Assembly (NCBI GenBank): GCA_963828485.1
Contig: CAWHEV010000009.1
Span: 775,318 to 839,317, forward strand
DNA from: an uncultured Chloroflexia bacterium
GTDB lineage: Bacteria; Chloroflexota; Limnocylindria; QHBO01
DNA: 64,000 nt
Reading direction: 5' to 3'
Shown: positions 46,781 to 57,249 of the stretch, piece after piece
How the letters are laid out: each line of letters begins with the position of its first letter
How positions within the stretch are numbered: the stretch's first letter is position 1
Program-made: the position numbers and the translations under genes
Notes under the pieces: generated by a model
What the model was told of the DNA's origin: nothing
The model's input: only the letters and a program-made list of their open reading frames with translations
Database searches by the model: none

Positions 46781-48829
46781 ATGCCATCCCTCGAATACCC
46801 GACCGCCCCCACGGCCGACCAGGTCGACGACTACCACGGCACGACGATCGCCGATCCGTACCGCCCGCTCGAGGACTCGGACGCGCCGGAGTCACGAGAC
46901 TGGATCACGGCCCAGAACCAGCTCACCGAGCGCGTGCTGGGCGAGGTCCCGCGGCGTCGCGAGATCAGGGAGCGGCTCGGCCAGCTGTGGGACTTCCCGC
47001 GGGCCGGATCGCCATGGCGCCGCGGCGAGCGCTGGTTCGGGATGCGCAACACCGGGCTCCAGGACCAGGACGTCATGTGGGTCTCGGACGCACCCGGCGC
47101 CGAGGGCCGCGTGCTCCTCGATCCGAATACGCTCAGCGCGGATGGGACGACCGCCCTCTCGTCGGTGGCGACGAGCGAGAGCGGCGAGCTGGTCGCCTAC
47201 GCCACGAGCGACGCCGGCTCGGACTGGCGGACCTGGGCGATCCGTCGCGTGTCCAGCGGTGAGGATCTCGCGGACCGCATCGCGTGGAGCAAGTTCTCAT
47301 CGGCCGCATGGACGCACGACGACGCGGGCTTCTTCTACGGTCGCTATCCAGAACCTCCCGCCGACGCCGCGTACGACGCGCCGAACCTGAACATGGAGCT
47401 GCGGTACCACCGCCTCGGAACCGATGCGGCCGGCGACTCGCTCGTCTTCGCGCGCCCGGACGAGCCGGAGTGGGGCTTCGAGCCGAAGGTGACCGACTCC
47501 GGGCGCCTGCTCGTCCTCAACGTCTGGCGCGGGACCGATCCGGAGAACCGCCTGTACGTCGCCGATCTCGCCGAGGACATCGCCGGCACCGTGGTGCGCC
47601 CCCTGATCGACGAGCCCGACGCGTCCTACCTGCCGATCGGCGCGATCGACGGCACCCTGTACCTCCACACCGACCTGGACGCGCCGATGGGCCGGGTCAT
47701 CGCGATCGACCTCGCCGATCCCGGGAGCCGTCGCGAGGTGCTGCCCGAGGGCAGTGACGCACTCGAGCACGTGCAGCTCGTCGGCGGCCGGCTCGCCTGC
47801 CTCTACCTCCACGATGCACATCATCGGCTCGCCATCCACGAGCTCGACGGGACGCACGTCACCGAGGTCGACCTCCCGGCCATCGGCACCCTCGCCGACC
47901 TTGCCGGCGAGCGGGAGGACGACGAGCTGTACGCGACGTTCATGACGTTCGCGGCGCCCGCGTCGGCGCTGGCCGTCCGGATGGCGGACGGCACGGTGCG
48001 CCAGGTCGGCGAGCGCTCGCTGGGGTGGGATCCCGACGACTACGTGACCGAGCAGGTCTTCGCCACTTCGGACGACGGGACACGGATACCGCTGTTCCTC
48101 ACCCACCGGCGCGACGTGACCGCCACCGGTGCGGTCCCGACCTGGCTGTACGGCTACGGCGGATTCCAGGTCGCCATCGGGCCGCTCTTCAAGCCCGAGT
48201 GGCTGGCCTGGATGGAGCGCGGCGGCCTGATGGCCGTCGCCTCGCTGCGCGGCGGGAGCGAGTACGGCAAGGCCTGGCATGACGCCGGGCGCCTGGACAA
48301 CAAGCAGAACGTCTTCGACGACTTCGCCGCGTCAGCGCGGTGGCTGGCCTCGTCGGGCTGGACCGATGCGACCCATCTGGCGATCCACGGCCGCTCCAAT
48401 GGCGGCCTCCTCGTCGGCGCCTGCCTGACCCAGCATCCCGAGCTGTTCGGCGCCGCGGTCGCCGAGGTCGGCGTGATGGACATGCTGCGCTTCCACCGCT
48501 TCACCATCGGCTGGGGCTGGACGAGCGACTACGGCTCGGCCGAGGATCCCGATGGGTTCCGGACCCTGATCGCGTACTCGCCGCTCCACAACATCCGCGC
48601 CGACGTCGCCTACCCGCCCACGCTCGTCACGACCGGCGACCACGACGATCGCGTCGTGCCGGGTCACTCGTTCAAGTTCGCCGCCACGCTGCAGGCGGCG
48701 CAGGCCGGCGAGGCGCCGATCCTCGCGCGCATCGACACCGATGCCGGCCACGGTGTGGGCAAGCCGGTCAGCAAGCTCATCGACGAGCGCGCCGACGTCC
48801 TGACCTTCCTCGAGCTGGCGATTGGCTAG
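46781..48829 (+). CDS. prolyl oligopeptidase (S9A family)
   Basis: N-terminal beta-propeller and C-terminal hydrolase domain with nucleophile [10 protein letters not shown] and catalytic Asp/His. Confidence 0.85.
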   Translation: MPSLEYPTAPTADQVDDYHGTTIADPYRPLEDSDAPESRDWITAQNQLTERVLGEVPRRREIRERLGQLWDFPRAGSPWRRGERWFGMRNTGLQDQDVMWVSDAPGAEGRVLLDPNTLSADGTTALSSVATSESGELVAYATSDAGSDWRTWAIRRVSSGEDLADRIAWSKFSSAAWTHDDAGFFYGRYPEPPADAAYDAPNLNMELRYHRLGTDAAGDSLVFARPDEPEWGFEPKVTDSGRLLVLNVWRGTDPENRLYVADLAEDIAGTVVRPLIDEPDASYLPIGAIDGTLYLHTDLDAPMGRVIAIDLADPGSRREVLPEGSDALEHVQLVGGRLACLYLHDAHHRLAIHELDGTHVTEVDLPAIGTLADLAGEREDDELYATFMTFAAPASALAVRMADGTVRQVGERSLGWDPDDYVTEQVFATSDDGTRIPLFLTHRRDVTATGAVPTWLYGYGGFQVAIGPLFKPEWLAWMERGGLMAVASLRGGSEYGKAWHDAGRLDNKQNVFDDFAASARWLASSGWTDATHLAIHGRSNGGLLVGACLTQHPELFGAAVAEVGVMDMLRFHRFTIGWGWTSDYGSAEDPDGFRTLIAYSPLHNIRADVAYPPTLVTTGDHDDRVVPGHSFKFAATLQAAQAGEAPILARIDTDAGHGVGKPVSKLIDERADVLTFLELAIG

Positions 48830-48834
48830 GCGCC

Positions 48835-49884
48835 TCAGCTGGCGCGCGGAACCTCGATCCAGAAGGTCGATCCGACACCCTCATCCGAGGTGAGCCCGAC
48901 CGAGCCGTCGTGCGCCTCGGCGATGTGGCGGACGATCGCCAGGCCGAGGCCGGCCGAGCCGCCCATGGGTGACTCGGGCTCTCGGGTCCGAGCGCGGTCG
49001 ACCTTGTAGAAGCGCTCGAAGACGCGTGACTGGTGCACCTGGGGCACACCGATGCCGTCGTCCGACACGGTGAACCTGATTCGACCATCGACGGGCTCCC
49101 AGCCGACGCGTACCTCACCGCCATGGTGGCTGTACTTGATGGCGTTGTGAGCCAGGTTCAGCATCGCCTGGCCCAGCCGTTCCGGGTCGGCCATGACCCG
49201 AGCCGGATCGTCCGGAGCGGGCATCGCCCTCACGCGCACCTCCCGGCGCTCGGCGACGGGACCGATGCGGGCCACGCACGTGGCAACCACCTGGTCGGGA
49301 TCCACCGCGGCCATCGAAAGGGTCGTTTCGCCCGACTCGATCATCGTGAGGTCGAGGAGCTCGTCGACCAGCTGGGCAAGGTGGTCGACCTCGCGCTCCA
49401 CCTGGCCGGCGAATTCGCGCATGGTGGCCAGGTCGTCCACGGCCCCGGACGAGAGGCTCTCGGCCAGCAGCTTGATCGAGGTCAGAGGCGTACGCAGCTC
49501 GTGCCCGATGTTCGCCACGAAGTCACGGCGCACGCGCTCCATGCGCCTCAGGGCGGTGACGTCGTGCAGGGACAGGACGAGACCGCCGTCCGCAAGCGGG
49601 TGGGCCTCGACGGCGAACTGGCGGCTCCCGAGGTGTCCGAGTGCTGCCTCGCCCGACGCGTCGTCGCCGGCCAGCGCCTGGCGTGCGACGGCGTCGAGGG
49701 ATGCCGATCCGAACGCGGCGATGAGACTCATCCCGGCCAGCTCGCTCTCGCTGCGCTCCGCCAACGAAGCCGCCTCCGGCCCTGCGCGGACGATTCGCAG
49801 CGAGTCGTCCACGATGATCAGGAGATGCTCGCTGCGGCGCCGGAGCAGCGCTTCGAAAGCCGCGTCGCCGGATGGCTCGATCAC
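48835..49884 (-). CDS. sensor histidine kinase (PhoR/SenX3-like, cytoplasmic PAS-type sensor)
   Basis: HisKA H-box FVANIGHELRTPLTSI; HATPase G-boxes (GGSAGLGLAIV). No obvious TM segment. Confidence 0.8.
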   Translation of the reverse strand: MIEPSGDAAFEALLRRRSEHLLIIVDDSLRIVRAGPEAASLAERSESELAGMSLIAAFGSASLDAVARQALAGDDASGEAALGHLGSRQFAVEAHPLADGGLVLSLHDVTALRRMERVRRDFVANIGHELRTPLTSIKLLAESLSSGAVDDLATMREFAGQVEREVDHLAQLVDELLDLTMIESGETTLSMAAVDPDQVVATCVARIGPVAERREVRVRAMPAPDDPARVMADPERLGQAMLNLAHNAIKYSHHGGEVRVGWEPVDGRIRFTVSDDGIGVPQVHQSRVFERFYKVDRARTREPESPMGGSAGLGLAIVRHIAEAHDGSVGLTSDEGVGSTFWIEVPRAS

Positions 49885-50579
49885 GGAGTCCGCGGGGCAA
49901 AGGCGTAGCCGACTCCGCGGACGGTGCGGAAGTAGTTGTGCCCGTCGCTTCCGCGCAGCTTGCCGCGCAGCCAGCTGACGTGGACGTCCACGGTCCGCCC
50001 GTCGCCGTCGTAGTCGTAGCCCCAGATCCGGGAGAGGAGCTGGTCCCGCGTGAAGATGCGACCCGGGCTGGATGCCATGTGCGCCAGCAGGTCGAACTCC
50101 TTGGTCGTGAGATGAAGGGGCACGCCCGAGAGGGTCACCTCCCGCCTGTCGACGTCGATCCTCACCGAACCGAAGGTGATCTCCTCGCGTTCCTCCGGAG
50201 CGTCCGGCTCCCGGCGATGTCGGCGCATGACAGCCTCGATCCGCGCCAACAGCTCCGGCCGGCTGAATGGCTTGGCGACGTAATCGTCGGCGCCCACCTT
50301 GAGGCCGACCACCCGATCGATCTCGTCACCCTTGGCGGACAGGATGATGACCGGCGTGCTCACCCCCTCGCCCCGCAGCACCCTGAGCACCTCGACGCCG
50401 CTCATGCCGGGCAGCATGACGTCGAGGAGGATGAGGTCGAGCCGATCGTTGCGACCGGCTTCGAGCGCCGACTCTCCGTCGGCCACCGTGGCGACCTCGT
50501 AACCCTCCCGGGTCAGGTTGAACGCGAGCGCCTGGCGAAGGGTGGCGTCGTCCTCGACGAGCAGCAGCCGTCGTCGCAT
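49881..50579 (-). CDS. OmpR/PhoB-family response regulator (PhoP/RegX3-like)
   Basis: REC domain (LLLVEDD, LDLILLDVMLPGMSG) plus winged-helix C-terminal domain. 4-nt overlap with the kinase gene. Confidence 0.85.
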   Translation of the reverse strand: MRRRLLLVEDDATLRQALAFNLTREGYEVATVADGESALEAGRNDRLDLILLDVMLPGMSGVEVLRVLRGEGVSTPVIILSAKGDEIDRVVGLKVGADDYVAKPFSRPELLARIEAVMRRHRREPDAPEEREEITFGSVRIDVDRREVTLSGVPLHLTTKEFDLLAHMASSPGRIFTRDQLLSRIWGYDYDGDGRTVDVHVSWLRGKLRGSDGHNYFRTVRGVGYAFAPRTP

Positions 50580-50583
50580 CGGC

Positions 50584-51294
50584 CTAGTCGTTGAGATCCT
50601 CGACCTGCCCGGTGGCCAGGTACACGACATCCTCGCCGATGTTCGTGACCCGGTCGCCCAGCCTCTCGAGATGGTGCGCGGCGAAGAGCATGTGGGTCGC
50701 CTGGCGTGCGCGGTCGGGAGAGAACTCCATCATCGCCAGCGCGTCGGCGTAGACGCTCCTGTAGAGCTGGTCGATCTCGTCGTCACGCCGGCACACCTCG
50801 CGCGCCTCGGACTCGCTGACATCGACGAGGGCCCGCATCGCGGCGCGCAGCTGCTCGCGGCAGATCTGCTCCATGCGCGGGACCTGCTTGAGGATCGGCG
50901 TCTCCGGCTCCGATGCCAGCTGCTGCGCGAGCTTGGCGATGCTGACGGCGTAGTCGCCCATGCGCTCCAGCTCGGCCGCCGCGTGGTAGAGCGCGAGGAG
51001 CTCGCGGACGTCGCGGGCCACCGGTCCCTGGGTCGCGATCAGCGTGGTGATCTCTGCGTTGATCTCGCGCTGAAGCTCGTTGACGGTGCGGTCGTCCCAG
51101 CGCACCCGATCGGCGAGCTCGCTGTCCCGCTCGACGAGGGCGCGTCCGGCCCGTTCGAGCGCCTCCTCGACCTTGGCGCCGAGGCGGAGGACGTCGTCCT
51201 TCACGCCCTCGAGGGCGCGATCGAACGTGGCTCGAGGGCCGCCATGCTCCTCGGCCAGACCCGTCGCAGGGCTCATCGGTTCGTTGCTCGTCAT
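50584..51294 (-). CDS. phoU: phosphate signalling regulator PhoU
   Basis: Two PhoU repeats with E(D)xxxD metal motifs (ELERMGDYAVSIAK, HLERLGDRVTNIGE). Confidence 0.8.
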   Translation of the reverse strand: MTSNEPMSPATGLAEEHGGPRATFDRALEGVKDDVLRLGAKVEEALERAGRALVERDSELADRVRWDDRTVNELQREINAEITTLIATQGPVARDVRELLALYHAAAELERMGDYAVSIAKLAQQLASEPETPILKQVPRMEQICREQLRAAMRALVDVSESEAREVCRRDDEIDQLYRSVYADALAMMEFSPDRARQATHMLFAAHHLERLGDRVTNIGEDVVYLATGQVEDLND

Positions 51295-52229
51295 CAGCCG
51301 AACCGCCCCGTGATGTAGTCCTCGGTGATCCGGTTTGCCGGCTTGGTGAAGAGCTGGTCGGTCGGTGCCATCTCCACCAGGTGGCCGGCCCGGTCGTCGC
51401 CCATCGTCAGGAAGGCGGTCACGTCGCTGGCACGAGCGGCCTGTTGCATGTTGTGGGTCACGATGACGATCGTGTAGCTCTCGCGCAACTCGCGCATGAG
51501 CTCCTCGATGCGCAGGGTCGCGATCGGGTCCAGCGCAGAGCACGGCTCGTCCATGAGGATGACGTCCGGTTCGACGGCAATCGCTCGCGCGATGCACAGA
51601 CGCTGCTGCTGCCCGCCCGACAGGGCGGTCCCCGGCGAGCGCAGCTTGTCCTTGACGTCGTCCCACAGCGCCGCGCGGCGGAGCGACCGCTCGACGAGCT
51701 CATCGAGGTCGCCACGGAATCCGGCGACCTTGGGCCCGAATGCGACGTTGTCGTAGATCGACTTCGGGAACGGGTTGGGCTTCTGGAAGACCATGCCGAT
51801 GCGGCGACGCACCTCGACCGGATCGATGCCGTCGGCGTACAGGTCGACGCCGTGGTACAGGATCGAGCCGGTGATCGACGCCCCGTCGACCAGATCGTTC
51901 ATCCGGTTGAAGCTGCGCAGCAGGGTGCTCTTTCCGCATCCCGACGGACCGATGATCGCGGTGATCTGGTTGCGTGGAATCCGCAGGCTCACGTCGCGCA
52001 CTGCGCGGAACGAGCCATAGAAGCACGACAGCCCGTCGAGCTCGAAGACCGCCTCGTCATCGGTCACCGCGAATGGCTCGGCGGCGCGGGTCGCGGCCGG
52101 CGCTATTCGCTCGGAGTCGTCCAGCTCACGTTGCGTCACGATCCGTATTGTCGGGCCTTCGTCATCGGTCTGTGGGGGCGCCGGGGGTGCGGTCTGAACG
52201 TTCGTCATCGGCTCACCATCTTCGGTCAT
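51294..52229 (-). CDS. pstB: phosphate ABC transporter ATP-binding protein PstB (start uncertain)
   Basis: [27 protein letters not shown] and [11 protein letters not shown]; roughly 50-aa N-terminal extension. Confidence 0.85.
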   Translation of the reverse strand: MTEDGEPMTNVQTAPPAPPQTDDEGPTIRIVTQRELDDSERIAPAATRAAEPFAVTDDEAVFELDGLSCFYGSFRAVRDVSLRIPRNQITAIIGPSGCGKSTLLRSFNRMNDLVDGASITGSILYHGVDLYADGIDPVEVRRRIGMVFQKPNPFPKSIYDNVAFGPKVAGFRGDLDELVERSLRRAALWDDVKDKLRSPGTALSGGQQQRLCIARAIAVEPDVILMDEPCSALDPIATLRIEELMRELRESYTIVIVTHNMQQAARASDVTAFLTMGDDRAGHLVEMAPTDQLFTKPANRITEDYITGRFG

Positions 52230-53129
52230 ATCGGTTCCTGAGCAGGATTGCGGTCGCGTTGACGAGAAGGATCACGACGAGGAGGACGACGATCGCCGCG
52301 GCCGTGAGCGCTCGGAACTCGTCCTGGGGCTTCCCGGACCAGTCGTAGACGATCACCGGCAGGGCGGTGTATGAGCCCGTCAGCATGTCCGAGATCGCCG
52401 TCGACGAGAAGGTGCCGGCGATCGCGCCGACCATGAGGAGGGGCGCGGTCTCGCCGAAGGCGCGGGCCAGCGACAGGATGGTGCCGGTCAGGATCCCGGG
52501 CATCGCGTACGGAACGACGTGACTGCGGATCGTCTCCCATCGCGTGGCGCCGACGCCGAACGCGGCCTCGCGGATGCTCATCGGGACGGCGCGCAGGGCC
52601 TCGGAAGCGGTGATGACCGCGATCGGCAGGACGAGCACGGCGAGGGTCAGGCCACCGGCCACCAGGGAGTTGCCGATCCCGAGCAGGCTCACGAAGATCG
52701 CGAGCCCGAGCAACCCGTACACGATCGACGGGACGCCGGCGAGGTTGCGGATGTTGGTGCGGATCAACCGCGACAGCCAGGTGTCGCGGGCATATTCCTC
52801 GAGGTACACGGCGGCGCCGATCCCGAGCGGCAGAGCCAGCAACGCCACGAGGGCGGTGAGGACCATCGAGCCGATGATGCCCTGGAGGATGCCCGCCCGA
52901 TCCGCACGCGCGTCGAGCGGTGACGCCAGGAACTCGCCCTGGCGCTCCGTGAAGACGGGGATCGCGCGCAGCACGATGTCGGCGATGAGGATGAGGAGCA
53001 CGCCGAGCGCGATCAGCAGCGACAGGAGCAGCAGGCCCTCGAGGACCGTGCCGCGGATGTCCGTGCTGCCCGAGCGGAGACGCCGCTCGACGACTTCGCG
53101 GGTTGCGACGGCGCCAGAGCCGACGGCCA
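52213..53129 (-). CDS. pstA: phosphate ABC transporter permease PstA
   Basis: PstA-type permease with EAA loop. Start ATG abuts the pstC stop. Confidence 0.8.
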
Positions 53130-54071
53130 TCAGTAAGCCCTGCGCACGCGGCGCACGAAGGCGTCGCTCAGCAGGTTGAGCGCCAGGGTGATGATGAAGA
53201 GGAGAAGCCCCACGAAGAAGAGGCTCTCGAAGGTCAACTCGGCTCCCTGCACGCTGTCGGAGCCGATGGCGAGCGCGGTCATGGCGGCGGTCATGGTCTG
53301 GCCCGGCTGGAACGGGTTGACCTGGAAGAGCGAGCCGCCCGTGCCCCCCGCGGCGATGGCGACGATCATCGTCTCGCCGATGGCGCGCGAGACACCGAGG
53401 AGCAGTGCGGCCACGACCCCGGAGATCGCCGCGGGGAAGACGACGCGCAGAGACGTCGTGCGCTTCCTTGCGCCCAGCCCATACGCGGCCTCGCGCAGGT
53501 ACTGCGGGACCGCGTGCATGGCGTCCTCGCTGACCGAGGCCACGAGCGGTGTGATGAGGATCCCGACCGCCAGGCCGGCCGCCGCCATGTTCGAGAGCGG
53601 GGCGCCGGTGAGCGGCTGGACGAGGTTCGGGCTGAGCCAGGTCAGGGCAAAGAAGCCCAGGACGACGCTCGGGATCGAGGCCAGGATCTCGAGGACAGGC
53701 TTGAGGATGCGTCGCACGCGCGGGCTTGCGTACTCGGAGAGGTAGATCCCCGCTCCCAGTCCGAGCGGCGTGGCGACGAGCATCCCGACGGCGCTGATCA
53801 CGAGGGTTCCAGCCAGGATCGTCGCGATGTCGTACAGGCCGCGACGCGGGAACCACCCGTCGGTCGCGAGGGCCGACGTGTCGACGTTGATCAGGAAGTA
53901 GAGCGCGTTCCCGAGCAGCGAGATGACGATCGCCACGCTGATGACGATCGAGAATCCGGCTGCCGCGAGGAAGAAGGTCCGGATGGCGCGCTCACGCGTG
54001 CGGCGCCCTCCGGCGATCTGGAGGTCGGCCACGGTCAGGGGAGGGGTCGGGCGCGCTGTGCCGGCCGTCAT
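53130..54071 (-). CDS. pstC: phosphate ABC transporter permease PstC
   Basis: PstC-type permease (EAAYGLGA...). Confidence 0.8.
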   Translation of the reverse strand: MTAGTARPTPPLTVADLQIAGGRRTRERAIRTFFLAAAGFSIVISVAIVISLLGNALYFLINVDTSALATDGWFPRRGLYDIATILAGTLVISAVGMLVATPLGLGAGIYLSEYASPRVRRILKPVLEILASIPSVVLGFFALTWLSPNLVQPLTGAPLSNMAAAGLAVGILITPLVASVSEDAMHAVPQYLREAAYGLGARKRTTSLRVVFPAAISGVVAALLLGVSRAIGETMIVAIAAGGTGGSLFQVNPFQPGQTMTAAMTALAIGSDSVQGAELTFESLFFVGLLLFIITLALNLLSDAFVRRVRRAY

Positions 54072-54164
54072 CGGTGGGTCATCCTAGCTGGCTGGGTGCG
54101 TCGTGCGGCCGAGCCGGACGAGAGGAGCTCGCCCGGCCCGGCCGGTGGAGGAAGGCGGGAGCGC

Positions 54165-55232
54165 TCAGCGACCGTCCCAGGTCGCACGTGTCTCCTCGAG
54201 GACTTCCGCGGCGAGCTCGACGTAGTCGGCTTCGCTCACCGCGGCGATGCCCTCATCGGAGAGGTAGAAGTCGACGAAGGCAGCCAGCTCTGGTCGTGCG
54301 GCGGCCTCGTCGGTGTTGACGTAGATGAAGAGCGGACGGCTCATCGGGTACTCACCGGAGGCGATCGTCTCGGCAGTTGGCGCCACGCATCCGTCGCCGC
54401 CGTCGACCTCCAGCGACGTGACGGCGTCGCCGTTCAGGTCGGCGAAGGCGAAGCCGACCCATCCGAGAGTGTTCGGCGCTCCGCCGACGTTCTCGATGAT
54501 GACGTTGTCGTCCGCCGCTGTCTGATAGTCGGGGCGCGTCGCCTCGTCGGACTCCCGCGCCTCGGCGAGATCGGCGATGACGAACTCAACGTACGTGTCG
54601 TAGGTGCCCGACTCCTCGCCGGGTGCGGTGATCGTCAGCGACTCGGCGGGGAAGGGCGAGTGGATCTCCCCGAAGTCTCCTGAACCGATCTCGTCGGCGA
54701 GCGCATCGGCGTCACTCCAGTTTGCGAAGCCCTGCGACTCGGGACCGGTGAGCGCGTAGAGGTCGGCGAAGCTCAGGCACGTCACGTCCGTCGTCTCGGG
54801 TGACGTGATCACGCTGATCCCGTCGATGGCGACCTGGAGCTCGATCCAGTTGATCCCCGCCTCCTCGCACAGGGCTGTCTCTTCCTCGCTGATGGCTCGC
54901 GAGGCATCGGCGATGTCGATGGCCCCCTCACAGAACTGGGCGAACCCATCGCCGGTGCCGGGACCGGCGACGGTGTACTCGACGCCCGGGTTGGCCTCGT
55001 TGAAGTTCGCGGCCACGATCGAGCTGATCGGCTCGACCGTCGACGAGCCGGAGATCAAGACCTCTCCGCTGAGGTCGCCGGTACCGGCATCGCTCGACGC
55101 GGCCTGGCTCTCCTCATCGCTCGGTTCGCTCGAACCGGCGTCCGGATCGCTCGAGCAGGCCGCGAGGGCCAGGACCCCCACCATTGCGATGGCAAGTGCG
55201 GGGCGTCGCCGCCCGGTGCTCATCAGGTTCAA
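54165..55232 (-). CDS. pstS: phosphate-binding lipoprotein PstS
   Basis: Lipobox LALAACSS, acidic Ser/Asp-rich linker and PstS PBP fold (ISGSSTVEP...). Confidence 0.8.
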   Translation of the reverse strand: MNLMSTGRRRPALAIAMVGVLALAACSSDPDAGSSEPSDEESQAASSDAGTGDLSGEVLISGSSTVEPISSIVAANFNEANPGVEYTVAGPGTGDGFAQFCEGAIDIADASRAISEEETALCEEAGINWIELQVAIDGISVITSPETTDVTCLSFADLYALTGPESQGFANWSDADALADEIGSGDFGEIHSPFPAESLTITAPGEESGTYDTYVEFVIADLAEARESDEATRPDYQTAADDNVIIENVGGAPNTLGWVGFAFADLNGDAVTSLEVDGGDGCVAPTAETIASGEYPMSRPLFIYVNTDEAAARPELAAFVDFYLSDEGIAAVSEADYVELAAEVLEETRATWDGR

Positions 55233-55313
55233 GGCTTCTCCTCCGATCGGCTGAGCCCCGACCCGCGCACCGCGGGATTGGGCACACGTTGACGGCGACA
55301 GCGTCCGAGGCGG

Positions 55314-55358
55314 CCCTTAACGTGGGCTTAGCGAGGTGTGAAGCGTGGGTTAAGGACG
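55314..55358 (-). promoter_or_regulatory. candidate PHO-box-like direct repeats upstream of pstS
   Basis: On the pstS strand the region reads TTAACCCACGC-TTCACACCTCG-CTAAGCCCACG-TTAAGG, 11-nt-spaced units about 80-125 nt upstream of the pstS start. Confidence 0.3.
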
Positions 55359-55518
55359 GCGAAGCGGACGTGCCGGGGCGACGCGCACGCCGTCGACTGT
55401 CAGGCCGTCGCTCAGGAATCGTGCGCGTGGGCCAGCATGCCTGGTCCCACATGGCCGACGGTCTGCCGCGCCGGTCAGACGCCCGTCATGTCGATGTCGA
55501 GGCCGTGTGAAGCGCGAG

Positions 55519-56517
55519 CTACCCGAGGATCGGGTTGAGCACGAGGTACGCGACTGCCGCGGTCGTCCCCGAAGCCGGGATGGTGAGGATCCATGCCGTG
55601 ACCATCGATCGAGCGACGGTCCACCGCACGGTCTTGAGGCGGTCCGACGATCCGACTCCCATGATCGCGGAGCTGATCACCTGCGTCGTGCTGACCGGCA
55701 TGCCGAGCTGGGATGCGCCGAAGATGACCGTCGCGGCGGTCGTCTCGGCGGCGAACCCGTGGACCGGGTCGAGCTTGACCACCTTCTGGCCCATCGTCTT
55801 GATGATGCGCCAGCCTCCGGCCGCGGTACCCAGGCTGATGGCCGTCGCGGCGGTGAGGATGACCCACAGGGGGACCTCGAAGGAGTCGATCACGCCGGCC
55901 GTTACGAGCGCCAGGGTCATGATGCCCATCGTCTTCTGAGCGTCGTTGCTGCCGTGGCTGAACGCCATGAATGCCGCCGATCCGATCTGGAGTCGGCGGA
56001 AGACGCCGTTCAGCCGCCTCGGGTTGGCCCTCCGGAACACGTTGAAGATGAGCGCCATCATCAGAAGGCCAAAGATGAAGCCGATGATCGGCGAGCCGAC
56101 AAGCGGAACGAGGACCAATGTGACGATGCCCTCGATGTTCCAGGACGAGAAGCCGGCCGAGATGAGCGATGCTCCGAGCAGCCCGCCGATCAGGGCGTGG
56201 CTCGACGAGGATGGAATCCCCAGCCGCCAGGTGAGAAGGTTCCAGGCGATCGCCCCGATCAGGGCCGCAGCCAGCACGGTCAGCGACTCGACCGGTTCGA
56301 TGATGCCCTCGCCGACGGTCTCCGCCACGGCCGTCCCGGTCAGCGCTCCGAGGAAGTTGGCGGCGGCGCTCATGGCGATGGCCCAGCCCGGGGTCAGCGC
56401 CCGCGTGCTGACGCTGGTGGCGATCGCGTTGGCGGTGTCGTGGAACCCGTTGATGTAGTCGAAGGCGATCGCGAGGCCAAGGACCACCAGCAGGGTGAGG
56501 GTGATGCCCTCAAGCAT
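55519..56517 (-). CDS. pit: inorganic phosphate transporter, PiT family
   Basis: N-terminus FDYINGFHDTANAIATSV and duplicated GANDxxN/GSNDAQK motifs. Confidence 0.85.
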   Translation of the reverse strand: MLEGITLTLLVVLGLAIAFDYINGFHDTANAIATSVSTRALTPGWAIAMSAAANFLGALTGTAVAETVGEGIIEPVESLTVLAAALIGAIAWNLLTWRLGIPSSSSHALIGGLLGASLISAGFSSWNIEGIVTLVLVPLVGSPIIGFIFGLLMMALIFNVFRRANPRRLNGVFRRLQIGSAAFMAFSHGSNDAQKTMGIMTLALVTAGVIDSFEVPLWVILTAATAISLGTAAGGWRIIKTMGQKVVKLDPVHGFAAETTAATVIFGASQLGMPVSTTQVISSAIMGVGSSDRLKTVRWTVARSMVTAWILTIPASGTTAAVAYLVLNPILG

Positions 56518-57127
56518 GCTTGGCGACGATACGCTCGATCACGTTGGCGGCATCCTCGCTGGCATCGATGGCTGATTCCAGGAGCGAGTAGACGTCCTTC
56601 CACTTGATCACCTCGACCGGGTCCATCCCGTCGGTGAAGAGATCCGCCATTGCCTGCCGACCGATCCGATCGCCCTCGTTTTCGAGCCGGTGGATCTCGA
56701 TCCAGTGCGGGGCCACTCCCTTGAAGCCCTTGAGCTTCACGAGTGCCTTCACGAGCTCCTCGCATTGCTGGACGATGATCTCGGCCTGCTTCAGGCAGGT
56801 CGGCGTCGGGGCATCGATCCGGTACAGGATGCAGGTGTCCGCCACTTCCTCGATGAAATCGATGATGTCGTCGAGGCGGGTGATGAGCTGGTGGATGTCC
56901 TCCCGGTCGAAGGGCGTGACAAAGGTGTCCTCCAGCTTGTGCCCGATGTCGTGGCTCAGCCCGTCGCCAACCTTCTCGAGGTCGCGCAGCTGGCTGGCAA
57001 GGCGCTCACGCTGGTCATATGACCGGAAGAACTCGTGAAGGGTGCGCGCGCCGGCAAGGACGTTCTGGGCGTCCTCGACGAACATGTCGAAGAACTTCTC
57101 TTCGCGCGGAATGAAGGGAAGGCGCAT
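56510..57127 (-). CDS. DUF47 (PhoU-like) Pit accessory protein
   Basis: Conserved Pit-associated YkaA/DUF47-like protein, co-oriented with and overlapping pit. Confidence 0.75.
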   Translation of the reverse strand: MRLPFIPREEKFFDMFVEDAQNVLAGARTLHEFFRSYDQRERLASQLRDLEKVGDGLSHDIGHKLEDTFVTPFDREDIHQLITRLDDIIDFIEEVADTCILYRIDAPTPTCLKQAEIIVQQCEELVKALVKLKGFKGVAPHWIEIHRLENEGDRIGRQAMADLFTDGMDPVEVIKWKDVYSLLESAIDASEDAANVIERIVAKHA

Positions 57128-57249
57128 GGGTTGTCGATCTCGGTGTCGACGCGCTCGTGCCGCGGCTCCTCCATCGGCTCGGCGCGCGCCAAGCGTACTC
57201 GCTGCCGCCCAGCGCTGTAGCGAGGTGTGACGGGCTACCATCGGCGCTC

